From Candidatus Krumholzibacteriota bacterium (GTDB lineage Bacteria; Krumholzibacteriota; Krumholzibacteriia; Krumholzibacteriales; Krumholzibacteriaceae): a stretch of 64,000 bases of DNA. Numbering within the stretch: the stretch's first letter is position 1; each line of letters starts with the position of its first letter. A program made the position numbers and the translations under genes. The stretch is taken from positions 3,336 to 67,335 of the forward strand of contig JAFGBF010000030.1 in NCBI GenBank assembly GCA_016933255.1, written 5' to 3'. A model generated the notes under the pieces. That model did no database searches. It had not been told where the DNA came from and saw only the letters and a list, made by a program, of their open reading frames with translations. Below are positions 39,931-51,754 of this stretch, in pieces.

Positions 39931-40125
39931 CTAAATACCCAACATCCTTCTTATTCTTTTTACGTCAGATGGGGCTGCCAGAGTCTGTTTGCGGAGATTA
40001 CGTTTCCTTTTGGTCGATTTTTTAGTAAGAATATGGCTGGCGTACGCCTTGCATCTTTTTATCTTCCCATTACTGGTCAATCGAAATCTTTTTGCTGCTC
40101 CGCGGTTAGTCTTGATCTTTGGCAT
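39931..40125 (-). CDS. rpmI: 50S ribosomal protein L35
   Basis: [14 protein letters not shown]...[15 protein letters not shown]; start ATG 40125. Confidence 0.98.
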   Translation of the reverse strand: MPKIKTNRGAAKRFRLTSNGKIKRCKAYASHILTKKSTKRKRNLRKQTLAAPSDVKRIRRMLGI

Positions 40126-40693
40126 TTTCCTCTCCACCTCCTTTTTTCGCATTTTTCTCTGAAAGCGGACCCATTATCAACGATATTATCCTGCCTGTCC
40201 TTACCGCAGATTTTTCGATATTGGCCACATCGGAGAAATCTTCGACGATTTTTTCAAGTAGACTATATCCCTTATCGACATGCTCCATTTCCCGTCCTCT
40301 GAATATGACGGTGAACTTTACCTTATCTTTCTGCTCAAAAAACTTCCGCGCGTTCCTCATCTTGAATTCAAGATCATGTTTTTCGATCTTCGGCCGGAGT
40401 TTGATCTCCTTCAGATGAGTAACGTGCTGCTTCTTTTTGGATTCACGGACCTTCTTGTTCAGCTCATATTTGTGCTTGCCAAAATCCATGATCTTGCAGA
40501 CAGGAGGCCTCACATTCGGCGCGATCTCAACAAGATCCAAGCCTCTTTCCTCGGCCATCTTTTTCGCCTCTTCGGTCGCCATCACACCAAGCTGCCCGCC
40601 ATCTTCGTCAACGACCCTTATCTCCGGGATTCTGATCATCTCGTTGATCCTGGTCCTCTTCTCATTTCTATCTTTTTTAAATCTCTCTTTGAT
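40106..40693 (-). CDS. infC: Translation initiation factor IF-3 (non-canonical ATC start)
   Basis: [34 protein letters not shown]; GGAGGTG RBS lies 5 nt before ATC at 40693. Confidence 0.95.
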   Translation of the reverse strand: MKERFKKDRNEKRTRINEMIRIPEIRVVDEDGGQLGVMATEEAKKMAEERGLDLVEIAPNVRPPVCKIMDFGKHKYELNKKVRESKKKQHVTHLKEIKLRPKIEKHDLEFKMRNARKFFEQKDKVKFTVIFRGREMEHVDKGYSLLEKIVEDFSDVANIEKSAVRTGRIISLIMGPLSEKNAKKGGGEENAKDQD

Positions 40694-40715
40694 CTGTTCA
40701 CCTCCTGAACATAAA

Positions 40716-40830
40716 ATAAAAAAGGCGCGTAGAAATTCCACCCGCCCGGCCTGACTCGGTATTAGATGAAACCCTACCAGTACACTTAAGACCGCAAGGT
40801 GAGGAGCTTCCGCTCCTACTTCTTATTTAT
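40716..40830 (-). ncRNA. L20-leader-like cis-regulatory RNA upstream of infC-rpmI-rplT
   Basis: AGAAGTAGGAGCGGAAGCTCCTCACC resembles the L20 leader 5' hairpin; followed by GGCGGGTGGAATTTCTACGCGCC-TTTTTT terminator-like element. Confidence 0.6.
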
Positions 40831-40853
40831 GTAATCTACAGAACAGCATAATA

Positions 40854-42779
40854 TTATGCTTTTCTATCCACCTCGTCAACCAATTCCGCTATTAATTGCT
40901 CTATTTTTTTCGAACCGACTCTTCCTTTGGATTTTGATCTCACATCCAGAGTCCCGTTCTCAGACTCGTCCCCTCCGCAGACAGCTGCATATGGGACCTT
41001 CTGCAATTCACATTCCCGGATCCTGAACCCGAGCCTTTCCTCTCTTAGATCGCATTCCGCCCTGATACCTGCCTTTTTCATCTTTTCAGCACACTGCAGA
41101 GCGTACTCGTGGAAATCCTTGCCGACAGGTATGATCCTGACCTGTTCGGGCGCGAGCCAAAGAGGAAACAGGCCGGCGTAATGTTCGGTCAAAGTCCCGA
41201 TGAACCTTTCGATCGATCCCAAAAGGGCCCGGTGTATCATGTAGACATATTCTTTTTTCCCTTCACTGTCAACATACTGAACGTTGAACCTTCTCGGAAG
41301 GTTGAAATCAAACTGGATAGTTGTCGCCTGCCAGCCTCTTCCTATCGCATCTATCAGCTTCAGATCTATTTTGGGACCGTAAAAAACAGCTTCGCCTGCA
41401 ATCTTTTTAAATGGTATGTCGCGTTTCTCGATCGCCTTGAGAAGTGCGCTTTCCGCCATCTGCCATTCCTCGGGCGATCCGGCGTACTTATCCATATTCG
41501 CAGGATCGTGAGCGCTCAGCTCTACGGTATATTCGTGGAAGCCGAAAGTAGTCAGGATGTGATGCGCAAGATCAAAGCATTTATCGACTTCTTCGTCAAG
41601 CTGTTCAGGCGTACAGAAAATATGAGCGTCGTCCTGCGTAAAACCCCTCACGCGTAGAAGCCCGTGAAGGGTTCCTGACCTCTCATTCCTGTAGACCGTC
41701 CCAAGTTCGGCGTAACGGACAGGAAGGTCCCTGTAGCTGTGAAGATGGCTTTTGTAAACAAGGATATGACCCGGGCAATTCATCGGCTTAAGAACGAATT
41801 CCTGTCCCTCGGAACTGTTAATGATAAACATGTTCTCTTTGTAATAGTCATAATGTCCCGATCTCTTCCACAGTTCGCTGCGGGCAATGTGAGGAGTCAT
41901 GATCATTTCATACCCGTTGTCCCTGTGTTCTTTCTTCCAGAATCCTTCTACCAGCTCACGAAGGATAAAACCCTTTGGATACCAGAATGCAAGTCCCCCG
42001 CCCGCCTCTTCTTTTATATCAAACAGCCCCAGCTGGGGACCGAGTTTCCTGTGATCTCTTTTTTTGGCCTCTTCCCTTCTATCAAGCTCTTCTTTCAACT
42101 CGTCTGCAGAAAAGAAGACTGTGCCGTATACTCTCTGGAGCATCTCCCTTTTTTCGTCACCCCTCCAGTACGCTCCCGCAAGCGAAAGCAATTTAAAATG
42201 CTTGAGCATTTTTATGTCGGGTATATGAGGACCCCTGCATAGATCCGTGAATGAACCAAGCTTGTAGATCGACACTGTATCGTCCTGGATCTCATTTATC
42301 AGCTCGACTTTGAACTGCTGGGATCTCGATGAAAAGAGTTCAAGCGCTTCCTCTTTTGATATCACTTCGCGGATAAACTGAAGATCACCTGTTTTCAGAA
42401 GCTCTCTCATCTTTTTTTCGATCGCCTCGAGATCTTCGGGAGTAAAATTTCTCTCCAGAAGGAAATCGTAATAGAATCCATCCTTTATGGAAGGTCCTAT
42501 GGCAAAGCTGGTCTCCGGGAAAAGCTCCTGTACGGCCAGAGCCATCAGATGTGAAGCGCTGTGCCTGAGTATATCGAGGCCTTCGGGTTCATCGACAGTT
42601 ATGACTGAAAAATCGCCGCCTTCAGCGATCTTGTGATCCAGATCGCAGATCACTCCGGCGATCCTTGCCGCGACCGCTTTTTTGCTTATCGACCTGGGCA
42701 ATTTCCCCAGAAGCTCCTTGACCTGAACACTGTCAGCGTACTCTTCTTTTGATCCATCCGGATATATTATCTCAACCAT
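40854..42779 (-). CDS. thrS: Threonine--tRNA ligase
   Basis: RHSASHLMA, DLCRGPH, AGAYWRGD, DHRKLG, KPMNCP, RVRGFTQDDAH; start ATG 42779. Confidence 0.98.
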   Translation of the reverse strand: MVEIIYPDGSKEEYADSVQVKELLGKLPRSISKKAVAARIAGVICDLDHKIAEGGDFSVITVDEPEGLDILRHSASHLMALAVQELFPETSFAIGPSIKDGFYYDFLLERNFTPEDLEAIEKKMRELLKTGDLQFIREVISKEEALELFSSRSQQFKVELINEIQDDTVSIYKLGSFTDLCRGPHIPDIKMLKHFKLLSLAGAYWRGDEKREMLQRVYGTVFFSADELKEELDRREEAKKRDHRKLGPQLGLFDIKEEAGGGLAFWYPKGFILRELVEGFWKKEHRDNGYEMIMTPHIARSELWKRSGHYDYYKENMFIINSSEGQEFVLKPMNCPGHILVYKSHLHSYRDLPVRYAELGTVYRNERSGTLHGLLRVRGFTQDDAHIFCTPEQLDEEVDKCFDLAHHILTTFGFHEYTVELSAHDPANMDKYAGSPEEWQMAESALLKAIEKRDIPFKKIAGEAVFYGPKIDLKLIDAIGRGWQATTIQFDFNLPRRFNVQYVDSEGKKEYVYMIHRALLGSIERFIGTLTEHYAGLFPLWLAPEQVRIIPVGKDFHEYALQCAEKMKKAGIRAECDLREERLGFRIRECELQKVPYAAVCGGDESENGTLDVRSKSKGRVGSKKIEQLIAELVDEVDRKA

Positions 42780-42817
42780 CAGCCTGTCTTTCCATCTATC
42801 ACGGAAAATAAAAGGAA

Positions 42818-42894
42818 TGGTGGGCGATACTGGAATTGAACCAGTGACCCCCTGCATGTCAAGCAGGTACTCTAACCATCTGAGCTAATCGCCC
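42818..42894 (-). tRNA. tRNA-Val(GAC)
   Basis: GGGCGATTAGCTCAG...CCTGCTT-GAC-ATGCAGG...GTTCAATTCC...CGCCCACCA. Confidence 0.97.
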
Positions 42895-42962
42895 ACTCAC
42901 CATTTCAGATGAATCTTATGTAAATAACCGGCTTAGAGCAACTAAATAATCAGATTTACAGA

Positions 42963-44978
<2,016 letters not shown>

Positions 44979-45100
44979 TTATTTAAAGAATTACATTACT
45001 GCTGGAAAAATTTGGCAGATACTGAAAATACTCCGCACCTGTCAGAACCTGCCATAAATGCCAGCATGGCATAGTATGACAGACAAAGCTCAAATATACT

Positions 45101-45412
45101 TTATTTATCCTCATCCTCGGGATCATCCTCTATCAGGCATTTTATCTCGCCATTTTCGAAACGCAGCTGGACCTCAAGACAGATCTCAAAGTTCTTCTTT
45201 GCGATATCGCTGTATTCGTAAAAAACGCACCTGCCTCCTCTTTCACACCTGTTCTTTTTGCGGCAGATCCTCAGCTGTTCAACCAGCCACGACTCGAGAT
45301 ATTCTCCCTCTTCGACATTCCATCTCTCTGCGTCCCTGTCTCTGTCATGCTCGTGATGGTACGGGAACAGCTTTCCTCTTATCTCCCTGATCAATTTTTC
45401 GAGTCTTTTCAT
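45101..45412 (-). CDS. Hypothetical protein (103 aa, 5 Cys, His cluster)
   Basis: GAGG RBS, fills the gap between the CCA enzyme and dnaK on the operon strand; no recognisable family. Confidence 0.55.
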   Translation of the reverse strand: MKRLEKLIREIRGKLFPYHHEHDRDRDAERWNVEEGEYLESWLVEQLRICRKKNRCERGGRCVFYEYSDIAKKNFEICLEVQLRFENGEIKCLIEDDPEDEDK

Positions 45413-45467
45413 TTCAGCCTCTTGTCAAAATGGCCCCTGATCCGATATATAGCGGACTGAGCCGGCC

Positions 45468-46862
45468 TTATTGAACGGTTCCCTGGTCCCGGCGGGCCGG
45501 GCGATACCTCTCCCTTACTATAGCCTCAAGTCTTTCAGCCGTATTGATATCAGGGTCTTCCAACACCATATCGAGGATCTCTCCAAGAATCGAACCGATC
45601 TTTCTTCCTGGAGATTCCCCGGTCATCCTGATTATGTCCGAACCGTTTATCGCAAGATCTTTTCTCTTAAAGACCGCTTCGGCAGATATTACGGCATCGA
45701 CCCTCTTTCTGGAGATCTCGACCTCACTGGCGATTTTATCGTCCCCTTTTGAAGAACCATCGGCCATCCTCAGGGCAAACAGATCATCGAGGGACTCCAG
45801 GCCGACCTTCGCAATAAACCGCCTGACAGCTGCATCCGACCATTCATCCGTAATATAGAACATGTGATGAAGGACCAGATGCGATACATATTTAACGAAT
45901 GAATTTGGAAATACAAGACGATTCAGTATGCTTTTTGATATATTGGAACTCTCAAATTCATGCCCGTAGAATACGACCCTGTCATCGACCGTCTTTTTCA
46001 TCTTCTTTTTCCCAAGATCATGAAGAAGAGCAGCCCATCTCACCTCTATGTTCCTGTCAGCAAGATTACAGCATTTCACGCTGTGGACAAAAATATCATC
46101 GATGTGGAATTCATTCTGTTCTATCCCCCATGTATCCTCGAGCTCGGGCAATATGTACGGCAGGATCCCTGTCTCATGCATGAATAAAAACCCGTCTCCC
46201 GGTCTTTCCGAATAGGTCATCATCTTGTTCAGTTCCAGCCTTATCCTCTCCATGGAAACCGTTTTAAGAGTATCGGCGTACTTTCTCATCAGGCGTTCAG
46301 TATCTTTTTCCACAGACAATCCGAACCGGGTCATAAACTGGACGCCTCTCAGGATCCTGAGAGGATCTTCGATAAAAGATTCGTTCCTGTTTACCCTGAG
46401 CAGCCTCTTTTCAAGATCTTCCCTTCCTCCAAGGGGATCGACCAGTTGCCCCTTCCCCAGATCAAGGGCGATCGAATTGACAGTATAGTCTCTCCTGACG
46501 AGATCCTCTTCGACAGGGATATCGGGATCGAAGCGTACGCTGAAGTCCCTGTGCCCGGGACCGGTACTCTCTTCTTTCCTTGGAAATGATATATCCACAG
46601 TATCGGACCGATCAGGAGTAAACTTGATCACCCCGAAAGACTTGCCGACAAGATCGGTTCTCCCGAATCTGTTCAGGATATCCAGAAGCCCCGGCGGGTC
46701 TATTCCTGAGACAAGGTAGTCTGTATCGACCGATACGCCGCCTGTTCCGAGAAGAATATCCCTTACTGCACCGCCCACAAGGAAAAGGCCGCACTCTGCG
46801 AGAAGCGCATTTTCCCACTCATAAAACTCTCTCCCGAGCGATATTTCAGAATGTGCGTCCAT
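45468..46862 (-). CDS. cca: CCA tRNA nucleotidyltransferase with HD domain
   Basis: LVGGAVRD, DTDY (DxD), EDLVRRDYTVNSIA, EDPLRILR, ALLHDLGK; probable start ATG 46862. Confidence 0.88.
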   Translation of the reverse strand: MDAHSEISLGREFYEWENALLAECGLFLVGGAVRDILLGTGGVSVDTDYLVSGIDPPGLLDILNRFGRTDLVGKSFGVIKFTPDRSDTVDISFPRKEESTGPGHRDFSVRFDPDIPVEEDLVRRDYTVNSIALDLGKGQLVDPLGGREDLEKRLLRVNRNESFIEDPLRILRGVQFMTRFGLSVEKDTERLMRKYADTLKTVSMERIRLELNKMMTYSERPGDGFLFMHETGILPYILPELEDTWGIEQNEFHIDDIFVHSVKCCNLADRNIEVRWAALLHDLGKKKMKKTVDDRVVFYGHEFESSNISKSILNRLVFPNSFVKYVSHLVLHHMFYITDEWSDAAVRRFIAKVGLESLDDLFALRMADGSSKGDDKIASEVEISRKRVDAVISAEAVFKRKDLAINGSDIIRMTGESPGRKIGSILGEILDMVLEDPDINTAERLEAIVRERYRPARRDQGTVQ

Positions 46863-46941
46863 ACGCCGAAATGTACCTGAACGCGTCTCAGATGGCAACA
46901 CCTTAACAATATTCACAGGCTGGAGCCTCCCTGCGTCGGAC

Positions 46942-46974
46942 AAAAAAAGGACCGGCGCTGACGAGCCGGTCCTT
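46942..46974 (-). terminator. Rho-independent terminator after the tRNA cluster
   Basis: AAGGACCGGC-loop-GCCGGTCCTTTTTTT on the minus strand. Confidence 0.8.
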
Positions 46975-46984
46975 CCTTACTTTC

Positions 46985-47072
46985 TGGTGCCGAGGGCGGG
47001 ACTTGAACCCGCACGATGCCAGGCATCAGCGGATTTTAAGTCCGCTGCGTCTACCAGTTCCGCCACCCCGGC
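46985..47072 (-). tRNA. tRNA-Leu(TAA)
   Basis: GCCGGGGTGGCGGAACTGGTAGACGC..GCGGACT-TAA-AATCCGC, long variable arm, ends ACCA. Confidence 0.97.
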
Positions 47073-47162
47073 GCACTGCTAAAGCTATATCGGAATCGGA
47101 CTTTCTTCAAGTGAAAATGGAAGCATTCCTTCGAATTCGGGATAGCCGCCGTAAAGATGATC

Positions 47163-47237
47163 TGGAGGCGGCAACCGGATTCGAACCGGTGATAACGATT
47201 TTGCAGACCGTCGCCTTAGCCACTTGGCTATGCCGCC
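47163..47237 (-). tRNA. tRNA-Cys(GCA)
   Basis: GGCGGCATAGCCAAGTGGCTAAGGC..CT-GCA-AA..GGTTCGAATCC..GCCGCCTCCA. Confidence 0.97.
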
Positions 47238-47247
47238 TCTAAATAGA

Positions 47248-47323
47248 TGGAGCGGGAAACGGGGTTCGAACCCGCGACCTCAACCTTGGCAAGGTTGCGC
47301 TCTACCAGCTGAGCTATTCCCGC
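47248..47323 (-). tRNA. tRNA-Gly(GCC)
   Basis: GCGGGAATAGCTCAG..CAACCTT-GCC-AAGGTTG..TTCCCGCTCCA; classic Gly-Cys-Leu cluster. Confidence 0.97.
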
Positions 47324-47369
47324 TCGCGAATATCGATCAAATTTTCCTGTAATCTATATAAATAAAGCC

Positions 47370-48875
47370 TTAAGGCTTTGTCAACCTCATTCCTGGCTTT
47401 CCGGCTGTCTCCTTGTACATTTTCATATAGTCCCTGGCAGAATTTTCCCAGGAATGATCTTCTTTCATTATCCGTTTTCTCGTCTTCTTCACCGCAGGAT
47501 CATTCTTAAAGAAAATCAGGGCCCTTTTTACCGTATCCAGGAGCGCCTCCGCGGTATATTCCTCGAAGGTAAAGCCGTTGCCCCGGCTGCCTTTCGCAGA
47601 AAGCTCAGAGATAGTATCCTTTAACCCCCCCGTAGCGCGAACGATCGGAATAGTCCCGTAGCGCAGGCTGTACATCTGGTTCAAACCGCAAGGTTCATAC
47701 CTCGAGGGCATCATAAAGAAATCACTGCCCGCTTCAATAAGGTGGGCAAGTTTATTGCTGAACTCGAGCTTTATTCCAAGTTTTGAAGGATACTCTTTCC
47801 TGAGTTTGGTATACAGTTCGTGATATTTCTTCTGACCGGTGCCGAGTATTACAAACTTCAGGTCGAGTTCCATCAATTCCTCAAAAGCCTCGGAAAGGAT
47901 ATCAAATCCTTTCTGATCGACCAGTCTCGAAACGATACCGATAACAGGCTCCTCACCTTCCGGCAGTCCGAAAGCTCTGAGGATCTCGTCGCGATTTCCG
48001 GATTTGCCGGAAAGATCGCCAGGTGAAAAATGATATGGTATATGTTCGTCATTTTCAGGATCCCATGCGGCGGGATCGATCCCGTTCAGAATACCGACCA
48101 GATCCTTTTTCCTGCTTGTGAGGACTCCTTCCAGACCGTAGCCGTATTCCTCGTTGCTCGAGATCTCATCGGCGTAGGCCTTACTTACCGTACTGATCGT
48201 CCCGGAAAACATCAAAGCCATCTTCATGATATTGACACGCCCCCAGAATTCAAAGGGGCTCATAGGCTGAAAGAACTCGGGATCAAGCCCCGCCTTGGCG
48301 AGGAACTCCGGTTCAAAAGCCCCCTGGTAGGCAAGGTTATGTATGCTGAAAACAGTGCCTGTATTTTTGAACAGTTCATTCTCGTCCTCTTCGATCGCGA
48401 GATATACAGGGATCAATCCTGAGTGAAAGTCGTTGCAGTGAATGACATCCGGCTTTATTCCGAGTCTCTTGACAGATTCGATGACCGCCCTGTTAAAGAA
48501 GATGACCCTCTCATCCTCATCGGTATACGCGTCTCCCGTCTCCGGGACCGTATAGATTCCCTTCCGGCCGTAGAAATGATCGTTCTCTATAAAATATACT
48601 TTTATGCGGGTACCCGGCTTCAGCGTAGAACTCAATCCGAACTCGATCTCTACTCCATCGACGGGAACGCTCATCCTCTCGATCCCTTTTTCCGGTTTTA
48701 TCTTGAATTTCTTTCTGTCGACTTCGGAATAAAGGGGCGTGAATATTACGAGATCGCAGCCCAGTTTCTCAAGATCGTCAGGGAGTGCTCCGACAACATC
48801 GGCCAGACCCCCGACCTTTGAAAACGGCACCATTTCCGTCGATACGAGTACTACTTTCATCTTCTTTTCAGGCAT
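47370..48875 (-). CDS. glgA: Glycogen synthase
   Basis: KVGGLADV, HCNDFH, SIHNLAYQG, RLVDQKG, PSRYEPCGLNQMYSLRYG. Confidence 0.96.
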   Translation of the reverse strand: MPEKKMKVVLVSTEMVPFSKVGGLADVVGALPDDLEKLGCDLVIFTPLYSEVDRKKFKIKPEKGIERMSVPVDGVEIEFGLSSTLKPGTRIKVYFIENDHFYGRKGIYTVPETGDAYTDEDERVIFFNRAVIESVKRLGIKPDVIHCNDFHSGLIPVYLAIEEDENELFKNTGTVFSIHNLAYQGAFEPEFLAKAGLDPEFFQPMSPFEFWGRVNIMKMALMFSGTISTVSKAYADEISSNEEYGYGLEGVLTSRKKDLVGILNGIDPAAWDPENDEHIPYHFSPGDLSGKSGNRDEILRAFGLPEGEEPVIGIVSRLVDQKGFDILSEAFEELMELDLKFVILGTGQKKYHELYTKLRKEYPSKLGIKLEFSNKLAHLIEAGSDFFMMPSRYEPCGLNQMYSLRYGTIPIVRATGGLKDTISELSAKGSRGNGFTFEEYTAEALLDTVKRALIFFKNDPAVKKTRKRIMKEDHSWENSARDYMKMYKETAGKPGMRLTKP

Positions 48876-49921
48876 TAATTTTCCTCAACCTTCTCAGTCT
48901 CCCGATTGATCTCCTCCAGCGAGGAGACGTCGATATTACGCAGCACTTCTGCGGCATCTTCCGGCGGCGTGGGATTTATATAAAACCCGCTGCCCCATTC
49001 AAATCCGGCCACCCGCGTAAGCTTTGGCATTATTTCGATGTGCCAGTGATAGTAATCCAGGTCAGGCTCGCCGCATGGAGTAGAATGAATGATGACGTTG
49101 AACGGCGGAGCGTCAAGGGCACTGTCTATCCTCAACAGGACGTTCTTCATAATATCAGCCAGACTATGGAAACATCCGGAAGGAGTATTCTCGAATGAAG
49201 CTACATGCTTCAGCGGCAGCACCCATGTCTCATAGGGGAACCTGGCCGCGTACGGTGCGATCGCAATGAAATTATCGTTCTGATAGATCACCCTCTTTGC
49301 TTCCCTTATCTCCTGCTTCAGGATATCGCAATAGATGCATCTTTCTTTCAGCTTGTAATGAAATTTCGCGCCGTTTAATTCTTCGATCGCTCGCTTCGGG
49401 ATGATAGGGGTAGCAATAAGCTGCATATGGGAATGCTCAAGAGATGCTCCTGCATCCTCACCCCAGTTCTTGAAGATCAATATGTATTTGAACCGGGAAT
49501 CTTTCTTCAGATCTATGCATCGTTCCCGCAGCGCCCAGAAGACACTCTCAATATGATCTACCGGGAGGTGCTGCAGATTCTTTGTATGATCGGGAGATTC
49601 TATCAGAACCTCATGAGCACCCACTCCCCTCATCTTGTCGTATATTCCGTCAGCACTTTTTGCAAGGTCTCCTTCGATCTGGAGGGCAGGAAACTTGTTC
49701 GGAACGACCCTGACTTTCCAGCCTTTCTCATTAGGAAGCGTGTGGGGGTCCCTGTATGCAAGCACCTCCTTGGGAGTCTTATCTTCATTTCCGGTGCAAA
49801 AAGGGCAAAATCCGCCTTTTAAAGAAGGTTTTTCCCTCTTGTAATCGTCAGGCCTCTTTCCCCTTTCTGTAGAGATAATTACCCATCTCTCCAAAATCGG
49901 GCTCTTACGCAACTCTGGCAT
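48875..49921 (-). CDS. galT: GalT-family hexose-1-phosphate nucleotidylyltransferase
   Basis: MPELRK..ERGKRP, CPFCTGNE, NKFPAL, GASLEHSHMQ (HxHxQ), YHWHIEI. Confidence 0.88.
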   Translation of the reverse strand: MPELRKSPILERWVIISTERGKRPDDYKREKPSLKGGFCPFCTGNEDKTPKEVLAYRDPHTLPNEKGWKVRVVPNKFPALQIEGDLAKSADGIYDKMRGVGAHEVLIESPDHTKNLQHLPVDHIESVFWALRERCIDLKKDSRFKYILIFKNWGEDAGASLEHSHMQLIATPIIPKRAIEELNGAKFHYKLKERCIYCDILKQEIREAKRVIYQNDNFIAIAPYAARFPYETWVLPLKHVASFENTPSGCFHSLADIMKNVLLRIDSALDAPPFNVIIHSTPCGEPDLDYYHWHIEIMPKLTRVAGFEWGSGFYINPTPPEDAAEVLRNIDVSSLEEINRETEKVEEN

Positions 49922-49952
49922 AGATGTTTAACTCCTTAATGTTGATATCCCG

Positions 49953-50513
49953 TTACTTCCTGACCGTAGTACTTACTATCCAGCAATCCGGGTACTCTTC
50001 GACAAGCATGTTCCTGGCCTGCGAAGCGTCATCTCTTTTAAGAAAATCACCCACCCTCACCTTATACATCCCATCCTCAAACTCTATATATACTGCAAGA
50101 CCTGTTCCCGCCATGAAATTTTTCTTCAATTCCTTTGCTTTCTCCAGATCCGATGAAGCAAATATCTGTATCCTGTATCCCGTATCGAAAGCGGAAGCGT
50201 CAATAACGGCATCCGAGACATCTTTCACCGAGAAAGAATCGGCAGCAGTCCTCCCGGAGAGCCTCACTTCCTCTATCTGATCGTCGATCTCGTCATCTTC
50301 AAGCGCTTCGTCTTCGAGATCGTATATCTCATCAGGTATCTCCTCTTGCGTCTCTTCCTGCACCGATATCGGCTCAGGAGCCGGTTCGATCTGATCGACA
50401 TCAGCCGTAGTCCTGCCTGTTATTCCGGAGCGGGTACATCCGGCCTGAAGCATAATAATCATCATGGCTGCTATGAGTAATGAGATCGGGAATAATCTGT
50501 ACGAAATCCTCAT
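49953..50513 (-). CDS. SPOR-domain lipoprotein
   Basis: Lipobox LQAGC, acidic linker, GYRIQIFA..YKVRVGDF..DCWIV; start ATG 50513. Confidence 0.85.
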   Translation of the reverse strand: MRISYRLFPISLLIAAMMIIMLQAGCTRSGITGRTTADVDQIEPAPEPISVQEETQEEIPDEIYDLEDEALEDDEIDDQIEEVRLSGRTAADSFSVKDVSDAVIDASAFDTGYRIQIFASSDLEKAKELKKNFMAGTGLAVYIEFEDGMYKVRVGDFLKRDDASQARNMLVEEYPDCWIVSTTVRK

Positions 50514-50606
50514 GGTCCATCCTCCCGTCCAAATAGCCTGAATCAGCTTCGCCACTAATTAACAGATAAAAATAGAACTGTCAATGAAATATGACGGCAG
50601 GTCCCG

Positions 50607-51701
50607 TCATCTGGAGATGAGATCCTGATAAAGCCTTTCCGTACTTTCCGCTATCGAATCCCAGTTGTACTCACTAAGTACTTTTTCCTTTCCCATCCTC
50701 CCGAATCTCGAACGGCTCTCGTCATCGAGACCGATCATCTCATTCATCGCTCTGACAAGATCGCCGGGGTCATCATGAATAAATCTGAGCGACAATTCGC
50801 CTGCTACTTCGAGGTTCTCAGGAATGTCACTTATCAGCACAGGTCTGGAGAAACTCATAGCCTCTATAAGAGAGATCGGCAGCCCCTCTACTATCGACGG
50901 CAGGACATAAAAGGCACAATGAGCATACAGTTCACTCAATCTGTCACCTGAAATATAACCGGGAAATATCACTCTGCTGTCAGCTTTTTCGTGCAGCATC
51001 CCGGCATATTCGCTTTCAAACCGTTCATCCCCGACGATTACAAGCTTCATATCGGTATCAATCCTGGAAAACGCGTCGATCAGAGTGTGAAATCCCCTCT
51101 CGACTATAAAACGTCCGACAGTAAGTATATATCTTTCCTTTTTAAGTCCAAGGCCGCAGGAATCGCTGAATTCAGGAGTATCACAGATCGTCGCCCCGTT
51201 AGGAATATACGAGACTTCCCTGCCGTATTCAGCTGAAAGCTGTCCCTTCATAAGCCTTGAGACCGCAATGACAGCGTCTGTGTTTCTCACCGCGCATCTT
51301 TCACCGGTTTTCAGCATATACTTCGCGACCTTACCCCACTTCTGCTGCCGGTAATCAAGCGCGTGTACAGTCGAAACCGTCTTTTTCCCTGACAGTCTCC
51401 CGAGGCCGCTGAAGATCGAAGGGCCGACCCCGTGATAGTGGATTATATCATAGCCTCTGAAAGCTATAATAAGAGATGAGAGAAATGAGGTCGTGGCAGT
51501 ATCCAGGTTTTTCGTCGGTATTGAAGGGACGACTTCTATCTTCATCCCAAGATATTCAGCCCTGTCACAAAACGGCTTTCTTCCGAATACCGTTATCTCG
51601 TGGCCTTTGAGAGCAAGGCGCCTGCCGATCTCTTCGACATGCCTCTCTATGCCTCCGAAAAGCGCTGGAAGCCCTTTTGATCCGATAATCGCAACTTTCA
51701 A
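50607..51701 (-). CDS. Glycosyltransferase family 4
   Basis: GSKGLPALFGGIERHVEE, VGRF, PSIVEGLPISLIEAMS. Confidence 0.93.
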   Translation of the reverse strand: MKVAIIGSKGLPALFGGIERHVEEIGRRLALKGHEITVFGRKPFCDRAEYLGMKIEVVPSIPTKNLDTATTSFLSSLIIAFRGYDIIHYHGVGPSIFSGLGRLSGKKTVSTVHALDYRQQKWGKVAKYMLKTGERCAVRNTDAVIAVSRLMKGQLSAEYGREVSYIPNGATICDTPEFSDSCGLGLKKERYILTVGRFIVERGFHTLIDAFSRIDTDMKLVIVGDERFESEYAGMLHEKADSRVIFPGYISGDRLSELYAHCAFYVLPSIVEGLPISLIEAMSFSRPVLISDIPENLEVAGELSLRFIHDDPGDLVRAMNEMIGLDDESRSRFGRMGKEKVLSEYNWDSIAESTERLYQDLISR

Positions 51702-51754
51702 TTTGCCAGTTCTTTCATCTTTAAATTAAAAGTTCTGCGGGTGGATCCGGATGA

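Noticed and set aside
47003-47242. 79-aa plus-strand ORF
   Set aside because: Antisense to tRNA-Leu and tRNA-Cys
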